Of a stretch of DNA of 64,000 bases, positions 25,578 through 37,500 are shown one piece after another. Each line of letters starts with the position of its first letter. Positions within the stretch are counted from its first letter, which is position 1. The notes under the pieces are model-generated. The model made no database searches. It had not been told where the DNA came from and saw nothing but the letters and a program-made list of their open reading frames with translations. The position numbers and the translations under genes were made by a program. Source of the DNA: Lama glama (Eukaryota); the NCBI GenBank assembly GCA_028534125.1, contig CM052818.1:10976001-11040000 (forward strand). The letters run 5' to 3'.

Positions 25578-26678
25578 TTTTTTTATTTTTTTTAAATATT
25601 TTTTATTGATTTATAATCATTTTACAATGTTGTGTCAAATTCCAGTGTAGAGCATAATTTTTCAGTTATGGATGAACATACATGTATTCATTGTCACATT
25701 TTTTTCTCTGTGAGCTACCATAAGATCTTGTATATATTTCCCTGAGCTATACAGTATAATCTTGTTTATCTATTCTACATTTTGAAATCCCAGTCTATCC
25801 CTTTCCACCCCCCACCCCCTTGGCAACCACAAGTTTATATTTTATGTCTATGAGTCTATTTCTGTTTTGTATTTGTTTTGTTTGTTTGTTTTAGATTCCA
25901 CATAGGAGCGATCCCATATGGCATTTTTCTTTCTCTTTCTGGCTTACTTCACTTAAAATGACATTCTCCAGGGACATCCATGTTGCTCTAAATGGTGTTA
26001 TGTTGTCATTTTCATGGCTGAATAGTATTCCATTGTATAAATATACCACCACTTCTTTATCCATTCATCTGTTGATGAACATTTAGGCTGTTTCCATGTC
26101 TTGGCTATTGTGAATAGTGCTGCTATGAACATTGGGGTACAGGTGTCATTCTGAAGTAGGGTTCCTTCTGGATAGATGCTCAGGAGCAGGATTCCTGGGT
26201 CATATGGTAAGACTATTCCTAGTCTTTTGAGGAATCTCCATACTGTTTTCCACAGTGGCCGCACTAAACTGCATCCCCACCAGCAGTGTAGGAGGGTTCC
26301 TTTTTCTCCACAGACTCTCCAGCATTTGTCATTTGTGGACTTTGGAATGATGGCCATTTCTGACTGGTGTGAGGTGATACCTCATCGTAGTTTTGATTTG
26401 CATTTCTCTGATAATTAGTGATATGGAGCATTTTTTCATGTGCCTATTGATCATTTGTATTTCTTCCTTGGAGAATTCCTTGTTTAGGTCTTTTGCCCAT
26501 TTTTGGATGGGTTGTTTGTTTTTTTCTTATTCAGTCGTATGAGCTGCTTATATATTCTGGAGATCAAGCCTTTGACGGTTTTCATCGTTTGCAAAAATTT
26601 TCTCCCATTCCGTAGGTTGTAGTTTTGTGTTACTTATGGTTTCCTTTGCTGTACAGAAGCTTGTAAGTTTAATTAGGG
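25578..26678 (-). mobile_element. Relatively young, 5'-truncated L1 (ORF2 C-terminus, 3' UTR, poly-A)
   Basis: ORF 25998-26357 reads [34 protein letters not shown]...[21 protein letters not shown]...[11 protein letters not shown], the L1 ORF2 Cys-rich C-terminus, with a frameshift near 26010. Poly-T at 25578-25605. Confidence 0.95.
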
Positions 26679-28704
26679 TAAAGGAGTTTTCAAAGTGATT
26701 TCACTTTAATAACATGACACTGTATTTTCACTGTTTTCATAAAGTTTTAACTTAGGCTTCCCTTTGAATGCAACACCATCAAGTTGGATAGATATGATTC
26801 TGAACTCTTAAAACTTACAACATATCCAGGAACCTAAAATTCCCTATCTTGGCTAAGCAAAGAAGACTAATTGAATATTTTTCAACCAGTGTTTCTTAAT
26901 CTTCTAATTTGAAATAGAAGTTTTGGTTAGGCATGACATTCAAGTAGAAATATGGCACTGAAGTTGCAATGCTGATGCCCTTCCAATGATGAAGTGAACA
27001 AAGATATTAGGGTTCGAAACTAGGTGCTTCCTGGCTTTTTACTGCATCCATTTCACTTATTTGGGTGCTTCAAGCCAGGAAGTCTTGCATAGTTGGAAAT
27101 AATAGAGACATATGATGAGCACTTTACAATTCAGAGAGCCATTTAAAAACACCCACCATGTAATTAAGTTGTTTATTTTTATTTTCAGTCTATTAGAATT
27201 GGTAGAATATTTTCACTTTAGCGCCAGCATGTCAGTGAGACCACAGGGTAGGGTGAGAGGATTTTTACAGCCACCAGCTTCATGTCTGAAAAGGATTTAC
27301 TTTCTCTCCTGCCCACTCCACATCCATGAAATTAAATAAAGGATTATTTACGTGTTTGTTTTCACAAAGATAATGAATTGCTCACTGGCTACCCCCTTAT
27401 TCATCTGCCTCCGTTCTCTTAGCTAGTATTAAAAAAATTAAGCTTTGTTTCCTGTAAATGGTGTTATTAAATCACAGAAAAAGTTCATTTTCAAGAGCTG
27501 GTTGGGTAGTTATAAAGACAACCCTAGGGCCCTCTCTGTGAGCTCCAGAAAAGATGTGGTGAGAGCCTTCACAGCTTATTGCTTTTTCTTTCCTCAAATA
27601 TATACCATTGTTTTAAAAACTAAATTTCTTTAGTTACATATGTAAGTATTTGCTCTAAATGAGACTCTGTCATGTTCAAAATCCATCCAAGTGTCTTTAC
27701 TTCGTCTGATGGTTCAAGGTCGTAGCTTCTTATCTCTATTGATAAGAGAATCAAATTCTAGTTCTCCGCTTTGAAGATTCAAACCAAAGCTACTTCCTAG
27801 TAACAAGGTTCTCAGAATCAACTCTATCATAAGTCACTCTTAAAGAATTCCCCTTCAACTGTCATAAAGTATACTTCCAATGTAAATGGCATCCACCTGA
27901 CTTATCTAACCCCCTGTTCTCTCCTACTCCCCCAGTTACACCCTCTTGTTTCCAACAAGCAGATAGCCCCCACTTCAGGTCAAGTTCTTCTTGCTTCTGA
28001 GCTTTTATTCTCTACTGTACCACTCTTTCCTTTACTCCCTCTTCCTCATTTCTCAGCTTATAGAAATCTCACACATTCCTCAAAAAAAAAATCTGTTTTC
28101 ACTTACAAAAATTAATCCAAACAAACAAAAGAAACAAAGGAAACAATGCAAATAACCAACTTCCCTGATTACTCCAAGGGCCAAACCGCCCTTTCTCTCA
28201 CTGGCTTACTCTAGAACATGGGGCCATCAAATACGGCATTTATGGAATTCTTTGTCTTCTCTGATTATTTCCTTTGTGAACACGTTCTATATGCTAATAA
28301 GGGCAGGGAATCTGTTGACCATTGCTTGTTTTTGGCTTTTTGGGTTTTTTGTTGTTGCTTGTTTGTTTAACTTGCCTGTTGCCTAAGGTAAAGCTGGACA
28401 AACAGAAGATATTTCACAAATACCTTTTAACTCAATAAGTGGCTATTTGCCTTAATTGTAACAATATTTACCCCATAATTAATTTTTATTTCTGAGAAAT
28501 TCAAAATCTGAATTGTGTAGCAGGGGTTGATTGGATTATATCAAGTGTGTCCTTGTTGATAGCTCCTCTTTCTTTTCTTCCCATGTAAAGTCTGGCATCA
28601 TTTAAAAAACAGTAAGTATTTTATTGTGAGATATTTCAAACACAGGGAAACCAGAATAGAAAAATAAATACTGAGGCTTAACTATGCAGCTTTAACAAAT
28701 AAAA

Positions 28705-28930
28705 ATATTAAACACTCACTACGTGCCAAACATTCTTCTATGAATTTTTGCACATACTGACTCATCAAGTTCTCGGAACACTCCTGTCATGTGGTACTGT
28801 TGTCACCTTTCCACATTTTCTGAGTGAGCAGAGAGTTGCTAAGTACTTTGCATAAAGTCACACAGATCGTAGGTGGCAGAAGGCAAATGTGAACCAAAGC
28901 ATTCTGGTTCAGAACCTGTACCCATGATTC
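28705..28930 (-). mobile_element. MIR SINE
   Basis: cactcactacgtgccaaacatt...aagtactttgcataaagtcacacagatcgtaggtggcaga...tgtgaaccaaagcattctgg. Confidence 0.75.
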
Positions 28931-28999
28931 TCATCCTGAACTATCTTTTCACCTTGCCTTTCCATTAAATCCTAACAGTGTGACACATTCACTTTAGAT

Positions 29000-29420
29000 T
29001 TTTAAAAATAACATTCCCACTCAAAACCCTTTTCCAATCCCATTTCAGTGACTCTCTCTGCTGTGATGACAAGAACTATTAATTCAGTGTTTTATCAACC
29101 TCATGTGCTTTTACCTGTGGACTTATATTTATTTTTGTGCTTATGTGCATGCACTCTTATTTTTGAAAGGTTTTAAAGTTTATTTAAATATGTATCGTTC
29201 AGCAATTGCCTTGATTTTATTCAGTGTGTTTTTAAAAATTTATATTCATTTTTTATATACACCCTTGTTCCTCATTTTAACTATTGTCTAGTGCCCCATG
29301 ATGAATACAACATGAATTTCCTATTCATGGGCATTTTTGTTGTTTCTGGATTTTTGAAGTAGGAAACAATACTATAATGAGCATTCTTCTATATGACTCC
29401 TTCAGTTCATGTGCTTGACT
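29000..29420 (-). mobile_element. Old L1 3' UTR fragment
   Basis: cattttaactattgtctagtgccccatg...atgggcatttttgttgtttc...aatactataatgagcattctt. Confidence 0.5.
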
Positions 29421-30900
29421 TATTTTATTTGTTTTATTGATAATCTCTATTTGATGCAATATTGTGATTATACTTTCCTTTATTTCTTTAATTATGGTTT
29501 CCCTTAATTCCATGAACATATTTATAATGGCTAAAGTCTTTTTCTCATAAATGCAGCATCTTATTTCTCATAGTTTCAGTTGCTTTAATTTCTTCCCTTA
29601 TATGAGTCATAATTTCTTATTTATTTATATGTTCATAGTGTTTTGTTGAAAGTTGGCATTTTAGAAAATATATAGTGGCAGTTCTGGGTCCCGTCTTCCA
29701 TTGCTCTCCCCTTCCCCACTGGGGTTATTGTTATTTGCTTGTTTGTTTATCAACTGATTAGATTACTTTGGTGCCATCTCCTCCACCTCTCCTCCAGTTC
29801 AGTCTCTGATGTTGTACCTCAAGGATGCTCAGGTCTGGATTTGCCCACAGTCACTCAGGGATGACAGTGGCATTCCTTGGACTCTCTCCCTCTCTTTCCC
29901 TGACCACCTTCAGCAGTTAAACTCCTCTAACTGACAGTTGATTACTCTAGTGCATTTAATAATGCCCTGGGATATAAATTGCTCTGCAGACTAGTCCATT
30001 CCAATTCTGGCTCCTTTAGAGGATTTGTTTCTTTGTTGTGTTTGATTTTTGTTCTGATCATTGGAGGACTCTTCCAGCTACATTATTGCCTGGTTCTCTT
30101 CTGCAAACTAGTTGGCCTACAGTTTAACTTGTGTCTTGAATCCTCTCCCAATTGCCTTTCACCACTTCTGTTCTTGAGAGTGCTGTGAGGCTTGGATTTC
30201 TTCACCCTAGTTTGCAAAAGAAGACAGTTCTTTAGGAAGAGATGAAGAATTCCGTTTTATGGATGGCTTAGTGTCTCTCCTCAGGCAGAAATCTCTGAGC
30301 CAGGGCTCTGGATCTGAATGTAGGGAAGATGGCAAGTTTCTCTGTGAGGTCACCTCCACTCTAAGAAACAAGAACTCCATGGTAGTGGAGGCAGAAATGT
30401 GGGATTCTTTCAGAGTGTCTCTTCTGGTGTGGAACCATGGCATCATGAGCTAGGGAAGGAATGATCATGGACTCAGTGGAGTCTCCTTTCCACACTGGAG
30501 GCTCAAAATGAGAAAGAGTCCCTGCTTCTTGATTGCACGAACCTGGGATTTAACTTCAGCAATAAAAAACTTGGAGTAGGATGGAATATTATGAACTCCT
30601 GCTCCTACCGAGAAGAAAGCCCTCCCTCTGGGTGCTGAGGGGAGAGAGAATCCTGTGTTCTCAGCATCATCGGTCTGGAGTGGAATCTTCATCTCACTGA
30701 GCTGAAAGTAGGGGAGATAGGGACCAATTCTAGTTCAAATATCTCACATTCTCGCTTTTCTTAAAAAATTTTGTAGATATTCTTGAATAGATGCTCCATC
30801 ATACGCCATTCACTCTTTGAACAGTTTCTAGAAGGTTTATTATTTTTAAAAAAGAGTCTTCAACAGTTTTCACTGGGATCCAGACAACATAATTCTGCAT
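29420..30900 (-). mobile_element. Old L1 5' UTR and ORF1 start
   Basis: The minus-strand peptide MFMELRETIIKEIKESIITILHQIEIINK is ORF1 coiled-coil-like. Upstream GC-richer sequence is L1M 5' UTR-like. Confidence 0.6.
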
Positions 30901-31895
30901 GAGTCACACTGAGGTTGACCTCCTAGCCCATATTAATATTTTCATTTTACACGTATTTCAGATATTTCAGCGTTTGTGTTGCAGATGGTTAGTAGGAGAA
31001 ATAAAGGCTTAGCACTAGATATAGACACACAGACAAATGAGTGAATTGACCCGGTTGATAACCAGTCAGTTAAATCAAACTAGTTTCACTGTGTTTGCCT
31101 CTTTAAGAAAAACACTTTTTCCAAACTAAGCAGTTATCTTGTGACATATTTCATAATATATTTCAATAATATCTCGTTTATCTAGTAACTGTTCATAAGT
31201 TATCTTCTGAATACACCTGAGAAACAGGAAATAATTGAAACTGGTCTTAAGCAGTCAAAAGAGATGCTATGAAACCAGTGTACTAAGTGTTATGCCATTT
31301 TCATACACAATATGTCAGACACTATTTTAGAAAAAAAAATTTACCAATGTGGCTTTCCCATCCAAAGGTGAAAGTCACCTTAAAGGAGTGGAGGTACTAG
31401 AGAAGGCACACTGTTAAAAATGATGACCAAGAGTAGATTTAAAAATTATAAAGCACAAACAGAAAACCAGACTGCCATCTATACATTAAAAGTTCCTGAG
31501 TACAGCACAGAATTAATTAAAACACAGTGAGTGATTGACTTTATGAGTGATTAAAGAACATTTAGTATACTCTAAGGAAATGAAGATACTTTAGAAATAT
31601 TTCAATCAAAAATAGTTAAAATAAGACATGTTGGTGTTTAAGGGGAGCTTTCATTGTATGGAAGATAGAAAGAGGAGTTTATGTTTCCATATCAGCTGTG
31701 ACATGGAGCACCTCTATGTGTAATGGGACAGCCGTCATGGGCTTGTTTTGGAACATACTAGTTCGTCTTTTGGACAGATACTAGAGGAATGTTTTTATAC
31801 TGAGTGAATTAAAGAATCAACCAGTTAACTAACTTACCTATTAAGATATTTAGGTTTTAAACTATTAAGATAATTAGAGTCTAACAGAATTCACT

Positions 31896-32130
31896 TTATG
31901 GTAGACCTTGATATTCACAAGAGGCGCAGCACAGTGTGATTGCATATGCTATGGACATGTGCAGGTCATACATCTCAGCCATCACCAGTATTGTCTCTTT
32001 AAGCTTTAATGCTTTCAGAAGTTTTTGGCTAAGTGCCTTTACTTTTTTTTCTGACTTCTTTACATCTCTTATCAACACCAACAATTGACTTTCTTTTTGA
32101 GGACTTTTCTTTTCTTTCTTTTTCTTTTCA
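31896..32130 (-). mobile_element. Possible ancient Tigger/pogo transposase N-terminal HTH remnant
   Basis: Basic patch followed by LKLKETILVMAEMYDLHMSIAYAI, resembling the CENP-B/psq HTH pattern. Confidence 0.4.
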
Positions 32131-34029
32131 TATCAGCAGAAAGGATTTCATATATTGCAACAAATGGAGAACAACTGATTTTTGTGGCAGCTGGCTAATC
32201 CCAGTCACTGAGGATGTAACCAGCTCTAATACAAATCAAATAAGAGTTTGAGTTTTTTTAAGCACGGAGGTAGAGTGTACCTGGATTCAGACATTAGGGG
32301 CATAAAAGAATATGAAGGTAGTCAGATAGCATTCAGAAAGAAGACAAGGGTAGAGACCAACCCAGTGGTCCAAACAACTAGTCCACTCTCAGAAGTTAGG
32401 CAGAGAGTGGAAACAGTTCAGGAAGTGAGGGAGAATGCAGGGATGCTCAACAGGAGAAGGAACCTGGATTTCTTGAGGAACAACAGTTTGATCCAGACTC
32501 CTTTCCTCTGTGCCAATGGCTGTATCCAGGCTTACTCCTAACCTTTGTGAGGTGAGGGTGAGAGTAAATATGGAGACCCACACTGTATATAAAAGTCATA
32601 AATCAAACTAACAAACTGTTAAGTAACATATGTTCCATCTTCCCACCTTGAGAAATATGCCTTCACAATGATCTAAAAACCTAAATCTGAATTTAGATTT
32701 CTTGAATTCCTGGGGGTTCCACTGAAAAGGATGGTGAAGGGAAGGCCAGCCTGCAGCTCATGACCCTGACCTGCCCCCTTTTTTTTTCTCCCTCTTACCT
32801 ATTCTTGCTGTACTATTAGAAGCCCCAGTGTACTTGTGAGGACATCTCAGTGCATACAACTGAGCCCCAGCCATATTCCACACTAACACCGCCCCATCAG
32901 CCATCCCTCAGGCCAGGGAGTATACACACCAGTGGTTGGGGAATGTGGAATCCTGGTACCTGGACTACCCAATAAAAAGGGAACTTGTCTTAGCCTCAAA
33001 AACTCCTCCCCTCAGGGGAGAAGGGTTAGCTAAGAGAGCTAGAGCAAGACCCTCTAAAGCCCCGGGTGAGGTCAGGACCCTCTCTCCCATACTCAAGGGT
33101 AGTGCTGGCTGTAATTGTTAATCCAGATCATATAGGAGTCCTTAATTCTTTGTTTCCAAGTGCATTATTATTGACTTAGGTTGGATTCCTCAACTCTGTC
33201 CAAATTGAAAAGAGAGCAGAGTTAGGAAAGTCTTAACATAATGCTAAATATTTCTCCCTTCATTCTTTAGACTCGCTCCTGGGAGAATTATTAGGATTCC
33301 TAGAAAACTTTCATTTATCTTGATTTTTTAATATATCTTCTTTCCAAACATCTCTTGCCAGTTTTATTATATTTTATTTTAATGAGCTGTAACAACTATA
33401 GAATCATTGTTTATAGAAAGCTCTTTGAAAGCCAGAGCTGTTTTATTCATCTTTTTCAGCCCCGTCTCATTGTTCAGATCCTCACACAAGAGATGCTCAG
33501 TAAATATTTGTCGAACATTGTGGCAGCTGAGCCAGAGATCAACAAAAAATATAAAGGTTGTGCTAAAAAGCACAACAAAACATGAGCGAGGATGAACTTC
33601 TGTATCTCCTTGTTTTTGTGGCAAGAGAGTGGCTACTTGAAATAAAGTGAAACATTCAATTATTTATTGCCTGTGAGTTTCACTTTTTGGACGGAAGTAT
33701 GCTTGGTGCATTGAGAGTAGTTTGGAATAGATATCAGGGTGAAGAAGGCTGGTCATCACCATTATAAAGACACACACAGAGGGGCCATTCTGCAATTAGA
33801 CCATGCCCACCTGTAGAGTTAAACCTAGGGGGCAAGCAGGCTGAGTTGTCAGTTAGCCTGTCTCTTGTTTACAGAGAAGAGAGAATGAAGGAGGCCAGTT
33901 CTCCCCTGGGCAAGCAGGGAAATAAGATATCATTTTGAATGTCAGCTCTTTTGCAGCTTAACTATTGAGCATTTTCTATGTGTCTTGCACCCAAGAGTTA
34001 TGCTTTACATCATAAGTAATTTTATTGTC

Positions 34030-34310
34030 GAGAACAAACAGAGCCAACCTAGACCCCCAGTTGGTGAGAGCTGATTTGTGAAGAAAACTGAATCTAGGCA
34101 TTGAAAGTTAAGTAAAATTTAATAAGGTAGTGGAGAGATAAAGAAATAATCCACGTGGAGGGAGTACATGGCGTGAGAATGAGGTTCAAGTGAGTATCTC
34201 AGGTGTAGGAGGGAGCCCATAGACTAGTCTGCCTAAGCAGAGGGTGTTGTAGGAAGTATATGTGGATGAAGGGATAGAAATCACATCATGAAACTTCATA
34301 GTTTGAACTG
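34030..34310 (-). mobile_element. L2 fragment
   Basis: tctaggcattgaaag...ccacgtggagggagtacatgg...actagtctgcctaagcagagggtg. Confidence 0.45.
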
Positions 34311-34374
34311 AGTTTAAATTTAACACATTTTGTTCTAACACCCTGGCAGATCTGGTGCCTATTTTTATTTGATG

Positions 34375-34560
34375 ATTAAACACTCACATACTATTTATTT
34401 CCTAAGCATTTAACAAATATTAAGTCATTTACACCTCATAACAACCCTAAAAGGGCTTTCATAATCCCCATTTCACTAGTGAGGGAACTGAAATACAGAG
34501 AGACTAAGTAATCAGCCTTACACCACATGCTGCCTTGCAAACTAGATGGTGAACCTGGTC
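34375..34560 (-). mobile_element. MIR SINE
   Basis: agtcatttacacctcataacaacccta...atccccatttcactagtgagggaactgaaatacagagagactaagtaa. Confidence 0.75.
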
Positions 34561-37500
34561 CCCACGGTTTCCTTTACTTGCTGGCTGGTATTTGAAATCC
34601 TTCCACTTGTGGTCAATACTTTTAGTTTGAGAGTGACTCCCCAAGAGGGTTGTAAATTCCACTAGGTAAAGTGGTAGCAATCTAGATCCTTCAGTGTCGT
34701 GGGTTTGGGTAGAGGAAGGCACAGGGGTACACTGAAAGGGTGGTGGACAGAGGTGGGGGTCAAGGACAGAGGGATGAAAATGGACAGATCTAGAGTGAGA
34801 TTGACTTAGCTCACTACATAGCCTTGCTGGGCACTGACTGGGGTGCAAGAAATCAGAAATGATGGTAAACTTTGAATCACAGGAGAGGCCTAATGAAAGT
34901 GACAGTTCAGGAAAATCAGTGAATTTGTACATTTCATGAAGAAAGAAGGCTTTAGGTATAGTAGACTTGAATTAGCCAAGATTAAGGCAGCATTCTGCCT
35001 GAGAATCAAGCCAAGGTAACTGGAAACCATCAGAAGTGATTTACTGCCTAATATAGGAGTTAATCTAACTTGAACTAGTTCTACACCAAGAGAAACAATA
35101 GTGGATCAATACCCCTTGAACAAGAATGTGTTAGTCTTCTCTTATGTAGACTTTCTGGCTTGATTCTACTGTCTTCACCATGCAAATAGACAGGATTGCT
35201 CCTTGACAGAACTCTATAATTCCCTCTAGGCTGATGGCTGACTTTTCAAATCACACTGTAAACAGGTGGTGGTTATTTCAAACTTGTTTTAAAAGCTTCC
35301 TAACTAGCTTAGAGTAATACTTAATTCTAATACAATATTATTCAACATTTAGTAAATTCATGGGACCATTTAAAATGCTCCAATTCATTTGGAAAGCCTG
35401 AGGGTCTTTTTCTGCCTGTTTTCAATTACTTCTTAATATTTACCCTTCTGTTTTTCCCTCTTCTATGCCTTGTTGTCCACCAAAGCTCCCTTTTACAGAT
35501 CCTAAATATTGAAAATTCTTTCTTTGTTGGTCTTAGGTCATACCTTTCCAAACAGCGCAGCTGCCCCAAATGAAGGGAGATGTTGGCTTTTATGTTTCCA
35601 AAGTACCTTCTAGATGTTAGGTAGTGCTCCTGGCATTAGTCTATGTGTAACATTAAAAAAAAAATCAGAGATAAAACTTGTTATTCCATGTAGGTTTCTT
35701 GCTTGCCTTCTCAGCTGCAAATCCTGTTCTAAAATGGACTCCTGAATTTTCAGGCTCTCTTCTCTTTAGCATCAATACTACAAAAAGTCATGTTGCATGC
35801 ACATAAGGCTCTGTGCCTCCTCGCTCATGCCCCAGTGTTATGTTTGCAGACTCAGTTTCTCATAATGTTGTGAACTGATCCTTCCCCTGGACAGAGAATC
35901 ATTCTGTGGGGGAAAGGTCATGCATCATTTTCTGCCTGCCCACTTCTCCCAAGCTCGCCCCAGTAATGCCACCTTGGCTGAGGGATGGAAGCAGAAAAAC
36001 AAGTTTGAGAAACCCTCATTCCCTGTACACAAGCTGCCTAAAGCCTACGATGGAGGAGCCCATGAAATTTCTGCAGCACAGAGTGCTTCTTAACACAAAG
36101 GGCCAGTTGACTGCAGATCATGTTTCCCCAGGAATTCTGCAGAGGGAGATCAAGCTAATAATTGCCAGGGGCATCTTTGTGCAGATGGTTATATGCACAA
36201 ACTGTTTTGCTGGAATCCTGTTTTTAAATTGGTTAAAAATCAATTGGCTAACCATTTCATCAGAACTGAAAGTTACCAGAAATCTGGTTGAAAAGAAATT
36301 TTCATTTTGAAGCTGAGAGGGTACATATCCCGAATGGACTTAATTGGTTTAGTTTGCTCACACATTTGCAATAAATACAAACTAATATCTAAAATTTAGC
36401 TTTGGTTTCTGGAAGTCATCAAATGGATGGTAAAGCTATATCCCAAGCTAGAGAAGATTTGCCATGTTTGGTACACTAAACTTTTTATTATGAGTTGTAT
36501 TTGTTAAAATACCATGAACATTAGTTCTACCCAGTGATGCCAAGAATCTGCCCTTAACAGATACTTTGCTTCTTATATAGAATTGTGTCTTCAAACAAAT
36601 AAATGCCTTGGTGATTTTTTAAAGTTTACATCTAGAATGCCTGCTTTGGGGGACAAGGTTTTGAAAGACTCTTTTATTTCATTTAATCTTTGGTGATATA
36701 GCTGAGGTTTGAAGTACAGCTGACTTTACAAAACGACACTCTCAAAGTTAAACTCTCTCCATGGGACCCCTAAAATTTGAAACTTTAATTTCCTAGAACA
36801 ATAACAGTTCCAAGAGGTATTATATCTTATGCCTAGAAAAGGGGCCCCACATCACAAACAGGTCAGTTTCCCCTGGAGCCAAAGCCTTTAGCATGTTCTG
36901 TATTCTGTGACTCTCAGAGATAGACCGAATTTTCCTGGAATCCTTTTACCATGAGACTTCTTGAAGGATCACTATCCCAGGAAACACTCTTTGGCAAACG
37001 TTGACTTCATGTGAATTCTTTCTTCATAAGATGAAAAGTGGTGCATGAAGAAAGGGGTCAGAGAAAGCCATTCAGGGTGTCAGAGAAATGCATTAGAAAC
37101 GGTTTGTGAAGAGCTTGGGTAACTAACTTCTCCTGTTTTATATTTTTATGCAAAACCAGTTCTGCACTCAGGCCCAAAGAGTTATCCACAAAAGCTACCT
37201 CTTATCATCAGAGCTCGTCCAAACCAGAACTGTGGGTGTTCTTTACAGAGCTTCTTTCCGATTTGTTGTAGAGGAAGCAATGGGACGTGGGCCAGATTCC
37301 ATTTCCCCGAACTCACAAGCTATTTTCCCTAAGGCCCACAAGAGCAGCTCATGAATAGCTGGGAGCCAAATTTGGCCCATTTAAAATATCATTGCTTTGT
37401 CCACTATAATGATAGTAATAACCTTGTAATGAGTGTGTATAGAGTTAGGCCTGGTATAAAACCCAGGACAAGCCACACTCTGCCTGTGCATAGTGAATAC

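Noticed and set aside
25998..26357. Functional CDS
   Set aside because: It is the frameshifted C-terminus of ORF2 in a 5'-truncated L1 and cannot encode an active element.
25555..26700. TSD around the young L1 (aaagaaagtttttgaaaatca vs aaaggagttttcaaagtga)
   Set aside because: Too many mismatches for an element of this apparent age, so I cannot call it a TSD.
35906..36310. 134-aa plus-strand ORF
   Set aside because: GTG start, no homology I recognise and no supporting exon structure.
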